DNA of 60,230 nt, filler included, from Dugesia japonica (lineage: Eukaryota), in the NCBI GenBank assembly GCA_001938525.1. It is 5 parts of 5 records of this genome, joined end to end, with 100 filler letters (N's around TTAATTAATTAA, not from the genome) between each part and the next. Parts side by side here need not be neighbours in the genome. Positions count along the whole stretch, not along the records: positions 1 to 9,509 come from MQRL01497650.1; positions 9,610 to 26,633 come from MQRL01582411.1; 3 more parts are not named here. The stretch is one strand, 5' to 3'. Position 1 is the stretch's first letter; the number at the start of each line of letters is the position of its first letter. Shown in pieces: positions 1-10,464 of the stretch. The notes beneath the pieces are model-generated. The model saw only the letters and a program-made list of their open reading frames with translations. It was not told the origin of the DNA and did not search any database. The position numbers and the translations under genes were made by a program.

Positions 1-29
1 TTATTATTATTATTATTATTATTATTATG

Positions 30-74
<45 letters not shown>
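1..74. repeat. (TTA)n microsatellite, intronic
   Basis: Near-perfect TTA repeat, lying downstream of the minus-strand GT donor at 132-131. Confidence 0.95.
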
Positions 75-132
75 TATAAATAATATTTGTACATGTATAT
101 ATAATCATTATAATAAAAAAACTAAAAATTAC

Positions 133-737
133 TCATCACAATTTTCTTTTGTCGATGCTTCAAATATATAGGCTTCATTCTTGTCTAAATGTTCGATTAT
201 GAACTGTACTGATTTCAATTTCTTAATAAATCTTGATTCTTCTTTTATTCGTACGCCCATTCCGAGTAACATGATTCCATGATGTTTAATTTTGTCTTCT
301 GATTTCTCGTATAGAGTTAAAAATGGATGTTTTTCATGAAGTTCACAGAAATATTTTGTAGCTGAATTGAATGTTCCTTTATCACAATTATATGTTCTTT
401 CTTCAAGCCAATCAAATTTCATTCCTTTTCTATTTTTTTTGTCAAATACATTTTCCAATAATTTTTCAGCTTCTTCAACTTTCCGAGGACTAATTTTCTG
501 ACCTTGCAGTATAATGTAACATAATTCACAAACTCTTGACTCGCCGTTCTTTTCAAATTTTACGGTGACTTTATATGAACAACAAGAATCACAATATAGT
601 AGACCATCTGTGCGGCAATGATGTCTACGAACTGTTGATGAAAAACGTTGATTGCATTTGTGCCCATTACAATACCCAGCGGAACTATCTTTCTGCCATC
701 TAGGAGGTTCTTCTCCAATTTTTGGTTTCGTGAAAAT
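133..737 (-). CDS. Exon of FGD-family (FYVE, RhoGEF and PH domain) protein: FYVE finger plus C-terminal PH domain
   Basis: Extending the 129..458 frame upstream gives IGEEPPRWQKDSSAGYCNGHKCNQRFSSTVRRHHCRTDGLLYCDSCC...SRVCELCY (WxxD, RRHHCR and RVC FYVE motifs). A PH-like segment follows (LTLYEKSEDKIKHHGIMLLG...YIFEAST). AG acceptor at 739-738, GT donor at 132-131. Confidence 0.85.
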
Positions 738-1015
738 CTTAAAGTTAAGATCAAATAAAAATTAAAATGCAATATTATAAATTAAAAAATTTAAAAGATG
801 ATACTTTCATATTATAAATAATATTTTTTCCTCAGGTAATTCTTTAATTAGAAAATAAGAAATTTATTCAGAATAGCTGAAAATTAATTTTATTATGATA
901 AAAGAAAATTATTGTTTTATTTCAAGATTTTTCATAATTATAATAACAAGACAATTATCCATAACAATTTGTTAATCTAAGATGGAGAAAAATCTTTCAA
1001 ATTTATTTGTCTACA

Positions 1016-1121
1016 CATCAAATTTATATTTATATTGTAAAAAACACAATAAGTTTTGTACAAACAATAGTTTTTATACATCAAATTTATATTTATATTG
1101 TAAAAAACACAATAAGTTTTG
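1016..1121. repeat. Local direct duplication of about 44 bp
   Basis: CATCAAATTTATATTTATATTGTAAAAAACACAATAAGTTTTG occurs twice, about 63 bp apart. Confidence 0.9.
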
Positions 1122-1299
1122 ATAATCAACAAATCTATCAATTTTTTAATGTTGACAAGATAAATTAATTTTGTCCCATAGATTCGATTGAATTTAAAAT
1201 GAGAAATATTATTTGAAACAATTGTTTATATACAAATATAAGCATACATAAACACAAATATATGTATATGTATACATATTAAACAAAAAATGCAATTTT

Positions 1300-1890
1300 T
1301 ATAAAGCCTTTATTTGTAATACATGTTTCGGAAAAATCTATGTCCATCATCAGTTACTGCTGTAAAATAAGATGAAGTGTTTATATACGGGCCAATAAAA
1401 CCAGTTATGTAATCAATCCCATAAAATAACATTAAAATAAATCTAAAAGTAACTTTGTGTCAATCTGAATATTAAGAATCGGATTATACAACCCAATTAT
1501 CAAAGTCTCACACGCAATTCTTTCAAAACTGTAAACTCATCAATGCTTATTTGCCTTCTTTTTTTGCAGGAACAGACATGATCTAAAATCGAACTATTCC
1601 TACTCAAGTGTATATGCTCGTTAACTTGTGTGCGAAGATGACTTTTTGTCTCTCCAATGTGCGTGGTATCAATTAAATTGATAAACTAGGTTAGCGAGCA
1701 AGGCTTTTGGTGTAGTAGATTTGTTGCTTAAATAACTGGAGGTTTTTCTTTAAGTCAAAATTAATCTAAATTTATTTTTATCAAAATATTTCATGAGAGA
1801 GCATTTCAATGATTTAGCTCCTTCCGAGAATAGTAGTCTTATAGTTATTTTTTCTTGATTATTTTTAATGTTTTCGTCTTGGTCATTATT
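1300..1890 (-). mobile_element. Penelope-like element 3' remnant (GIY-YIG endonuclease, degenerate)
   Basis: Minus translation KTSSYLSNKSTTPKALLANLVYQFN..TTHIGETKSHLRTQVNEH...ETLIIGLYNPILNIQ matches the PLE pattern VY..C..YIGETxRxLxxRxxEH...E.I..LN. A hammerhead lies downstream. Confidence 0.75.
1316..1357 (-). ncRNA. Minimal type I hammerhead ribozyme (Penelope-associated)
   Basis: Minus strand reads GTAA-CTGATGA-T-GGA(catagattt t)TCC-GAAAC-AT-GTA-TTAC. This gives the core boxes CUGAUGA and GAAA, stem I GTAA/TTAC, stem II GGA/TCC, a palindromic ACATGT stem III and a GUA cleavage triplet. It lies just 3' of a GIY-YIG remnant. Confidence 0.75.
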
Positions 1891-1894
1891 TGAT

Positions 1895-1965
1895 GTTAAG
1901 CACAGTTTATAAATTTAATTGCCACGCACATTGGAGAGACAAAACTTTATCTTCGCATCACAGCA
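1895..1965 (+). mobile_element. Short inverted second copy of the Penelope GIY-YIG segment
   Basis: CCACGCACATTGGAGAGACAAAA..ATCTTCGCA on plus is the inverse of about 1632-1666; translates TVYKFNC..HIGETK. Confidence 0.7.
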
Positions 1966-2919
1966 AGTATATAAGCAATGGTTTTCATAACATTAATTAC
2001 TTTTCAACAACAAAAATGCAAGAAAATTTACTTACTAAAGACAATGTCTCATCAATTACTATGGAACTTGCAAAAACTACAGATTTACATCATCATAAGA
2101 TGTATTTCATCAAAATCCGATTATTTATGACTTTAAAGTAATCTTATTCATTCTTTGTTTTTATAAAATTAATAATTGTTCAGAAACCAGTTATGATTAC
2201 AAAATTAAAATACAGTTTGCTTCTTTCCGATATCAACACGAAGGATAAAAGCATATTAGAAGCATTATTTGCAAGATTCGTAGAGATACAGAAATAAAGG
2301 ATTCGATTTTCATCAATTTTAATTAGTAAGACAAGAATAAATATGATGATAAATCTGAATGGATGAAGTCAATAAATACAACTGGTGTCATATGGAAGAT
2401 CAAAATGATACAAAAGAAGATCTAATAACTGTATATGTACTTAATGTAATAAATGTTTTTTTATTAACAAATTTTTTAGAATTATTTTATACTTTTTTAT
2501 ATTCAATCATGAATATTTTTTATAAGCATTTTTTTAAAGTAAAAATTTTTATTTTATTATTTTATAGTTAAATAAATTTTATATTAATAAAATTCTTTTT
2601 AAACAAATAAATGTTTTTATAAAAACCACAAAATTTTTTTTGTTATTAATTCAATTTTATAGCCCTAAAGAGAGCTGGTTTTTCGTTCACAAGTATAAAT
2701 TCTACGGTTACATGATGAAATTACACGGGAAAGAAATTTTTCCTGACACCAAGTTCGACATGATTCTTTTTATAAAACAACATTTGTGTTACCATCATCA
2801 TTTGTGGGCTTAAAGATATCTGGGTTATTTTCATTCACAATTTAAAATTTTGACTGTTTGGAATTTAAGTTGAGTATTTTTAAATTTTTTTTACATCAAA
2901 TCGATTATATCTAATGTTA

Positions 2920-3329
2920 TATTATTCATCTCCTTGAAAATTAAAATTTTTAACTCCAAGTATTCAAATTGTTCCTACTGACAACACATTTAGACATAAA
3001 AGATCGTATTTTACAAACAGTAATGCAACAAATAACTCTGGTTCGAACCAACAGTTGACTATTTTAGATTATTTATGCAAAATTATTATAATTCCCACAT
3101 TTGCGACAAGCGTTATTGATTGTAAACGAAAATTTATTATCCTAGGGGTTCAAATTTTGCAGTTCTAATGGTTTCTTGAACCCCATTATTCTACATTTTC
3201 TTGTTCTGTAGAATATAATTGTATACTTGTCACTTTTGACATTGAGTTGACATGGTTTACACATAAGAAAGCTCATTTTTATGATAATTCTTTCGACACC
3301 TCACTTTTGTGATTAATATTTGTTATCAT
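2920..3329 (-). pseudogene. TBP-like (TATA-binding protein fold) gene, degenerate, inside a Polinton-like element
   Basis: Across frameshifts and stops: MITNINHK...KPCQLNVKSDKYTIIFYRTRKCRIMG...INFRLQSITLVANVG...CWFEPELFVALLFVKYDLLCLNVLSVGTI*ILGVK. This parallels TBP TALIFSSGKMVCTG / FKIQNMVGS / YEPELFPGL / LLIFVSGKVVLTGAK. Confidence 0.7.
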
Positions 3330-3440
3330 AATTAATGAATTTCAGGAGGTCCATAGAGGATTTTCAGAATTAATTTAATGGATTCAATAAAACAAATATA
3401 AACAATGTATTAAATTATGACTAAATTAAAGAAAAACAAG

Positions 3441-4040
3441 ATGGATAAGTTACGATATTATGCAGTCTATCAGATTATTGGACCTAATGGTAGTAGGAAA
3501 AATTTTCTTGTATGTAAACTACTGAAATCGAATGTATTTAAGTCGAAATTGAACAAAATATACTGACATAGAGGAGCAGATGAAGAGAATGGGTTGACTC
3601 AATCATACTCGTAATATTAAAATGGGGACTATAAACTGATTCGATAAAAATTGAAGCAAAATATTGAAACCTGGTGATGTTATTGTTGTTGACGATCTGT
3701 ATCAAAAGGCAAATGAAGAAAAATATTTCAATAATTTATTCCCAAAGATATCAAGACATTGTAATATGAGTGTGATATTCATTATTCAAAATCCATTTCA
3801 TCAAGGTTATAGTCACAGAACACGTAATTTAAACGTACAATACTTGGTTCAATTTAAAAATTAGAGATCAAACAGTTGTTGATTTTCTAGCATGACAGGC
3901 TTATCCTAATAATAGGCATTTTCTTATTGAATTATTTCCAGGTGAAATAGAAAAACCGCATATATATCTATTTTTCGACTTTACACATCAATTTCCAGAT
4001 GAATATAGAGTGAGAACGGATTTTTTCAATCCAAACTAGG
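3441..4040 (+). pseudogene. A32/FtsK-like viral packaging ATPase (Polinton/adintovirus), degenerate
   Basis: MDKLRYYAVYQIIGPNGSRKN (eroded Walker A), VIVVDD (Walker B), LFPKISRHCNMSVIFIIQNPF..RTRNLNVQYLVQFKN, YLFFDF; frameshifts and stops. Confidence 0.85.
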
Positions 4041-4324
4041 TAATTTTATTAATGTTATAAAATGGAAAAATTTTAAAAAATTATAGTTNATCAACTAATT
4101 GATATTAAACATCGAAAAAAGTCTGTTGTGAAGAAAAAAGATGGGGAAAAGAAGAAACAATCACATATAAAACAATCGCATAATAAGCAACTTGTAAATA
4201 ATAAGAAGCAACTTGATATGTTAAAAAATCTGACAAAACAGAACGGTAAGAAACTGCGAATGAAAAATGGAAATAGATAAAAAAAATATAAACAATTCAC
4301 TGTTATGTATGTGTTATTGAGATA

Positions 4325-4640
4325 AAAATAAAATTACTACGAAGTATTCCGCTTTCTAAGCATTGATTAAATCGTCAAAATCCTTGAGAATGAAAACTTT
4401 TCAATCATTTCCACCTTATTTTATAGCTGATTTACTTGAGATTATTATTAATATTATTCGTTGTAATGTAGTATTGAACAAAACCAGAAAGAATGTCTTA
4501 AAAAAACATAAAAAACATTATTAACCCTTATAAATACAAAAAATAGGAAATTGATGAGGCGAGTAATGAATAAACATGGTGGTGGTTTTATAGCAAACAT
4601 TACTGTCGATTGCATTAGCAGTAATATTAAAAATCATTGA
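4325..4640 (+). pseudogene. Small basic Polinton core protein ending in GGGF plus hydrophobic tail (pX/pVII-like)
   Basis: EIIINIIRCNVVL..LKKHK..L..MRRVMNKHGGGFIA.LL.IAL; lies between the ATPase and PolB. Confidence 0.55.
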
Positions 4641-5721
4641 TGAATTAGATGAAGAAGACATTAAATTACAAAAATTCATTGAATCGGAAGGAAATATTCA
4701 AGTTGGTGGCGCATTAAATTCCGTTGCTGTTGATGAAGATGTTGCTATCGAAAGGGATTTTTATCGTTGTCACCAAATCATAAAACTTGATATATCAAAT
4801 TGGTACGTTAATCAAATTATACTATCAGAAAATTAATTGTTCAACCGCTTAAGATTACTATAGAGTTGAAAGAAGTAAAATTTCAATTTCGTAAAAACGT
4901 TGAATTTATAAGGGATGAGGAGTTAAAAGCTTGCAGAATTTCAAATCGAGTTATTCAACTAAGTGACAATTTTTTCGAAGAGGGAATAAAACAATTAAAC
5001 GAAAGAATTAATATAAGAAGTGAGCTCGGTTTAAACTAGATACTGAGCTATTTTGGAAGGGGATTTTAAAATCACCAAGGTTGAAAATATTGTTAAACTG
5101 TCAGGACATAGCTATATACCAACACCATGGAATCTCAAAAAGAAAAAAGCAATTGTGAACATTCAAAATATCGATAATAAATGCTTAATTTACGGCATTT
5201 TAGGTATTACTAAGCAGGATTAAATTCAATCACATAGATATTCAATCACATAAAAATATCAAAAATACATGTCTGAGTCTCGGTTTAAAGAATGAGACAT
5301 GTCAATGAGATGGGATAATATTCGAAAATGGGAAAGAAAAATCCAGGACTTTCAATCAATATTCTATCATGGAGTTCAAATGATGCGGAAGATGACAGAG
5401 AAGTTTTAAAACATCCAAATTTAGATATCATCAACAGGTCTAAGGTAATTGATGGTGAGAAATTTTATTTTTTGTTACTATAAGATGACAACAAGTAACA
5501 TTACACAGGCGTAATGAATTTAAACAGATTAATGAAAAGATTGTTAAAGGATCTGGCACAAGAATCCAATCAATATGGTGCTCCAACTGTAGAAATGGAT
5601 TCAGAAAGGAAATAGCTTTTTAAAAACATCAAATAATTTGAGAAAAAATACCAACCGGAACAACTTTATATGCTATTCTGACAGAGCAAAACTTGAAGTT
5701 TAGAGATTTCTCCAAGACTTT
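4640..5721 (+). pseudogene. Protein-primed PolB N-terminal fragment (Polinton copy A), cut by a Gypsy insertion
   Basis: GHSYIPTPWNLKKKKAIVNIQNIDNKCLIY, HYTGVMNLNRL, WCSNC..F..KH, KFRDFSKT. Ends at the LTR just before the expected ExoI DFE motif. Confidence 0.8.
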
Positions 5722-6150
5722 TGTTAGAGTGATTCATAGATTTTAAATATCTGCGAAAGTTTTTAATTTTTATATATATAATATTAAGATTTCTTTTTTT
5801 GAAACATTGAGATATTTTTGTAAAAAATTTACTTAACAGATGTTTAAAATATAAAATATTTATTAAAACAAAATTTATTTAAATAATTTCTTTATATTAT
5901 ATTAGGCAAAATTATAAAAGCATAATTTATTTTAAAGAAATTATATATAAAAATAATTAAAAATATATGTGAAGTATAAATATTTTGTAGAATTAAAATC
6001 GATATTTTTAAAATATTTTATTAAAAGTTTCTCAGATTATTTGTTTGAGTACCATTAATTGTTGTTCATCTTCTTTTCACTTTAATCAAAAAACTTATGA
6101 TAATAAATAAAAAGTTATGGAGAGTTGTGAGGTTTTGAATTTTACTAATA
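5722..6150 (+). mobile_element. Gypsy 5' LTR
   Basis: Starts TGTTAG and ends CTAATA (degenerate CTAACA). Followed immediately by TGGTGACC (PBS-like, 6151-6158) and gag. Confidence 0.65.
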
Positions 6151-8625
6151 TGGTGACCAAAGCATCATTAGATTGCTAAAAAAAATCAATACACGCTGCA
6201 ATTTTCAAAATTGGCGATGATGTCGAAAGATTTATACTAAAGACAAAATATTTTGATATAGCCTATACAAAGAAAGGTCATAGGAGTTGGTTTGTAATTG
6301 CTTTCATAGCTAAAGAGTCTCGTGAAATCTATAAAAATGAAGACGAATCTTTGGGATTTGAAGAAAGATTCAGAAATACTTTTTTTAGGCCATCAACAAT
6401 GATTAAAGATTTGGAGAAAGCTCTAAATTATCGAAGGAATGGAGAGCAAATAAATATCTATAAGAAGAAGATTGAAGGATTGGTAGAAAAGTTAATGGCT
6501 CATAAATGGAGCAAAGAGAATTTAACAAAAGAGCTAATAATAAATAGTTGCAATGACAGAAAGATTAAACATAAAATCAAATCAGAAAAAATAGAAAAAG
6601 TAGAAGATGTATCTAAAGCAATAAAAGAGTGGGAAGACATACAAGACGAAGTAAAAACTGAAGAAATAAATGTAGTTCGTAACTACAGAGATGCCGTTCT
6701 CAGAAGATCAGAACAAAGAAATTTCACCACGAATTGTAATGAAGGAATGGAACAGAACAGAAACAACAAAAGACGAGAAATAACGTGTCGGACCTGTAAT
6801 AAAAAAGGTCATGTAAGCAGAAATTGTCACGAAAAGAAAAAAGTTCTATGCTTGTTGATTTGAACAACAATTAAGAAAAGAGACTGTACTAAAGTTAGTT
6901 GTTCGAGATACAACAAGAAAGGCCACCACACAGAGGACTGTTACACAAATATGAATAGACAGTTTAGTTATCAGAATAAAAGTGAACAGGCCAGAAAAGA
7001 AATCGGAAATAGTAAACAGAGATATTATTCGAACAATACGTATAATTACACAAAGAGGAATGGAAATCACGTTAATTCAATTGAAGAAAATGAAATATAT
7101 TGTTCATGTAGAGAAGAAAAGCCCACTATTGTAATGAAGGATCAAATATTTATCAAGATGAACACACAAATAGCCAAGCTCCGACCGAAGTCGAAATTGT
7201 TGGAGGGTTGAATTAAGTATCCCAAAAAATTGCAGTATTGGTAATTATAGTAAAAGTAGTATAAATAATTATATAAATAAAATAAACGAAGATAAACAAG
7301 TACATGAGTACAATGATGTAAAAGAACAGTTGACAAGTTTGTAAAGATAGAATTGATTAGAGGCCAACCAGTGATGATCAATGATAGTAATGGAGAAGAC
7401 AGTGAAATTCTGACGATAGCGAGATAAAGCGGCAAGAGATAAGTTATGGAAAGATGCAAGGAGGACTAAGTATAACAGTTGAAATACAAAGCGTGAAAGT
7501 TGATTGCTTGTTAGACACTGAAGCAAGAGTTAATGTGGTGAGTTTGAAAATGTGAAGACAATATAAGATGTGGCAATAATAGTCCGCTCTAAATCGTAGG
7601 TACGATAAAGATAGAAGTGAAGTTCGAGAATAAAAGCAAAACAGTTAAATTCATTGTGGTGAAACAGATACATCCAGATCTAATATGAGTAAAAGAATTA
7701 TAAAACTGTTTGGATTCCAACTTCAGACAAAGATTAAATGAGAAGGTAATGAAATGTATCTGGGTAATATAGAAGCAAAATATAGACGCAATACAACGGA
7801 TGAAAACAGAGTACAGAGAGTAAAAAAATATTAATTAACAAGCTAAGTGAGAATTTAGAAAAATTTATAATGATTCATAAAAGGAGTATTCATGGCAGAC
7901 AACTGGGATATTGGCAGAACAATAATTACCGAAAATCAAATAACCACAAATGGAGAACTAATAAATACAAACCATGGAGACAACATATGCATTTAGAGAA
8001 TAAGATAGATGAAGCTATCAAGAATTTGCTTGACAATTGCATTATTGTAATTGTAAATGCATTATTGAAAATGTAATTCTCAATGGAACATTACGTTAAT
8101 TTGTATTTGGAAAAAGAAAGGAAAGACGTTAGATTATGTCTAGATTTTAGAAAACTGAATGCAATCACAGAAAGACAGGCCTTTCCGATGCCCAATGTAG
8201 ATGAAATACTAGACAATTTGAGTGTTGCAACATGTTTTAGTACTATTGATTTGGGTAATACATTCCATCAAGTTCCGTTACATAAAGATTCACAAGAGAA
8301 AACAGCATTTTCTACGAAAAATGGCCATTATTGTTTCACAAGAATGACTTTTGGTTTTGCTGCATCACCTGGAACGTTTCAAGAATTAATGGCAAAAGTA
8401 TTAGGAAACTGTGAGGAGCAATTGTATACATGGATGATATATTGATATTTTTTATGAAAACTTGGAGCACCACTATAGAAGTTTAGACCAATTTTTTGAA
8501 CAAATTAAAGAATCAGGATTGAGAATTATTCTGGGAATATGTCATTTATTGCAAGCAGAAGTCAAATTTTTAGGACATTTCATAGACAAGAATGGAGTTT
8601 GAACTGACCCAGCTAAAATTCACGA
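6151..8625 (+). mobile_element. Ty3/Gypsy internal region (gag-protease-RT), degenerate and 3'-truncated
   Basis: Zinc knuckle CRTCNKKGHVSRNC; protease-like CLLDTEARVNVV; RT motifs LCLDFRKLN, FSTIDL..FHQVPL, KTAFST, VYMDDILIF, VKFLGH. Confidence 0.92.
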
Positions 8626-8659
8626 CAACCAATACCGAAAATCATAGTCCAGTCAATGT

Positions 8660-8705
8660 GTTTTTGCTCGGGGGAAGGGATTCAGTGCGTTCAAATCTAC
8701 CTGCT
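8660..8705 (-). mobile_element. Polinton-type terminus (degenerate), probable right end of copy A
   Basis: GGGGGAAGGGATTCAGTGCGTTCAAATCTACCTGCT closely parallels the terminus at 27090 (G-run, then CAGTGCGCTTCTATCTACCTACT). Confidence 0.6.
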
Positions 8706-9509
8706 GTTAAACCAAAATCAATGTGGTTTATAATAATTATAGTAATTAAAATAAACTGAAATAAATAAAATGCAATAATAAACCTTTAATAATAAAAAAA
8801 AATTTTAATTTAATAAAATCAATGTAGTTTATAATAATGATTAAAATAAACTTAAATAAATAAAAAAAATTTAAAATAAATAAAATTTATTAAAATATTT
8901 TTAATTTAAATTTAATTAGAATTTAAGAATTGAATTTAAAATAAAATCTAAATTTGAATGTAATTTAAATTAAATTAAAATGATCCAATAAAATTTTTAT
9001 AAAATACAAGCATTGTTTAGAATTTTCTAATATTGATTAAATCAATCAAAAAGCTATATTCTTGAAGAAGGCAATAGTCAAAAGTTCGATTATCTACCAA
9101 AAAAGAAATGAAAAGAATTAAAACAACATTTTGATCGAAACTATTAATTTAATAAAGTCTCCCTAATTTATTTTTCTTATTACACCCAAAGTAAAAAGAT
9201 TTAGAGTATATGATACATATATTAGTAAAATAAAATTTAAGATTTTATTTAGTTTTAAAACAATTTCCCATTTGTTTTATTTTTCAATAAGCCAAATTTT
9301 CAAAATGCTCTGAATTAATGCAAGGACTCAAATCATTTTACTGATTGGGAAACAATTCAATTGGTTTTCTAAAAAGATACAATCTAGTAGGAAGATTATT
9401 TGCATATGTTAAAATAATTATTTGTTGTTATAGAAATGTTGGGGTGAAACACCTAGTATCGAAAATAAAAATGGCAATAGGTATACTCGAAATTCAAAAA
9501 ATGGTCGTC

Positions 9510-9609
9510 NNNNNNNNNNNNNNNNNNNNNNNNNNNNNNNNNNNNNNNNNNNNTTAATTAATTAANNNNNNNNNNNNNNNNNNNNNNNNNNNNNNNNNNN
9601 NNNNNNNNN
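9510..9609. other. Scaffold gap with artificial TTAATTAATTAA linker (also at about 26633-26733, 36787-36886, 49070-49169)
   Basis: The same 12-mer, with stops in all six frames, is centred in ~100-bp N gaps each time. Confidence 0.9.
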
Positions 9610-9699
9610 ATAAATTTTTCAACTGAATTTATTAATAAAAATTTATAATTTTCATGACATAAAGTTTATGTATTTCCTTTTTTATATTTTTAATAAAAT

Positions 9700-9759
9700 T
9701 TGGCCCGCCAAGTTCTGTAAAATAATTTTTTTGGCCCACGGAAAAATAAGTTTGGGCAT
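9700..9759. mobile_element. hAT-type subterminal/terminal remnant
   Basis: TTGGCCCGCC..TTGGCCCACGG..AAGTTTGGGCA, typical of hAT (Charlie/Buster) ends. Confidence 0.45.
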
Positions 9760-9764
9760 TTTTG

Positions 9765-10250
9765 ATTTATTGGCATGATGGAGAATGCCAGTCACGTGTG
9801 TGGACAGACGTCCTAAACAGACTTGATGGAATATTAAATGAGGCGGTCAGAAAAGTGGGATTTACTATGCAAGTCCGCAAACCTAAGAAAACCGATTTAG
9901 TGGGCAAGATTAACATATTAAAATTTACCAGAATAATTTGGAAGAATGAAAAATACAGAGATTTATATGGATCTTATGACCATATATTATCTATGTTTGA
10001 TACAGCAAACATGGGTATTTTACATGAGCTTTTGGAGTTGTTTTATATTATAAGGTTAGCTTGTATTATTATAAGTAAAATTTATAATTTAATTTTAGCA
10101 ACAGTTCAATTAAGTGGATCAATGGAAATAAATACATACTGGAGAAAATAAAAGCCATTGCGGAGGTAAAATTCTCAAATTTCTGGTTAACTAATTTTTT
10201 ATAAATATAATTTTAGAGTTGGTGTTCATAAGAACGAGGATTAAATAAAT
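9765..10250 (+). pseudogene. HUWE1: HUWE1 N-terminal (DUF908-region) fragment with two short introns and a premature stop
   Basis: WHDGECQSRVWTDVLNRLDGILNEA...FTRIIWKNEKYRDLYGSYDHILSMFDTANMGILHELLELFYII aligns with the HUWE1 N-terminus ([25 protein letters not shown]...SRHLYSSIEHL). Introns at 10055-10098 and 10166-10216 yield AIAE|SWCS*ERG (HUWE1 LAESWGGKENG). Confidence 0.75.
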
Positions 10251-10274
10251 TTTTAGATATAAAAAACGTATAAT

Positions 10275-10416
10275 AGTAGATATGAAATGGGGTTTTCCTG
10301 ACAAGGTTGTGAACTTCGCTTACCTTACGATCTGTCATATAAATAAAATTGGAATAAAATAATGTATTGTAAATATAAATAAACACTTCTCAGGAAAACG
10401 CCATTTCATATCTACT
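10275..10416. mobile_element. 142-bp hairpin mini-element with Polinton-type ends
   Basis: AGTAGATATGAAATGGGGTTTTCCTGA ... TCAGGAAAACGCCATTTCATATCTACT. The first 13 bp are identical to the terminus at 31206. No TSD. Confidence 0.75.
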
Positions 10417-10464
10417 AGGGTTATCAGNTTGATTTTTTAGATTTTATTTTTTGTCTTTAGAAAA

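Noticed and set aside
560-772. 70-aa ORF in the track
   Set aside because: Wrong frame; the FYVE domain is in the 129..458 frame.
8670-8700. tRNA/SINE B-box (GTTCAAATC)
   Set aside because: No A-box or cloverleaf; better explained by similarity to the 27090 terminus.
9554-9565. TTAATTAATTAA as a biological palindrome
   Set aside because: Always centred in N gaps; an assembly linker.
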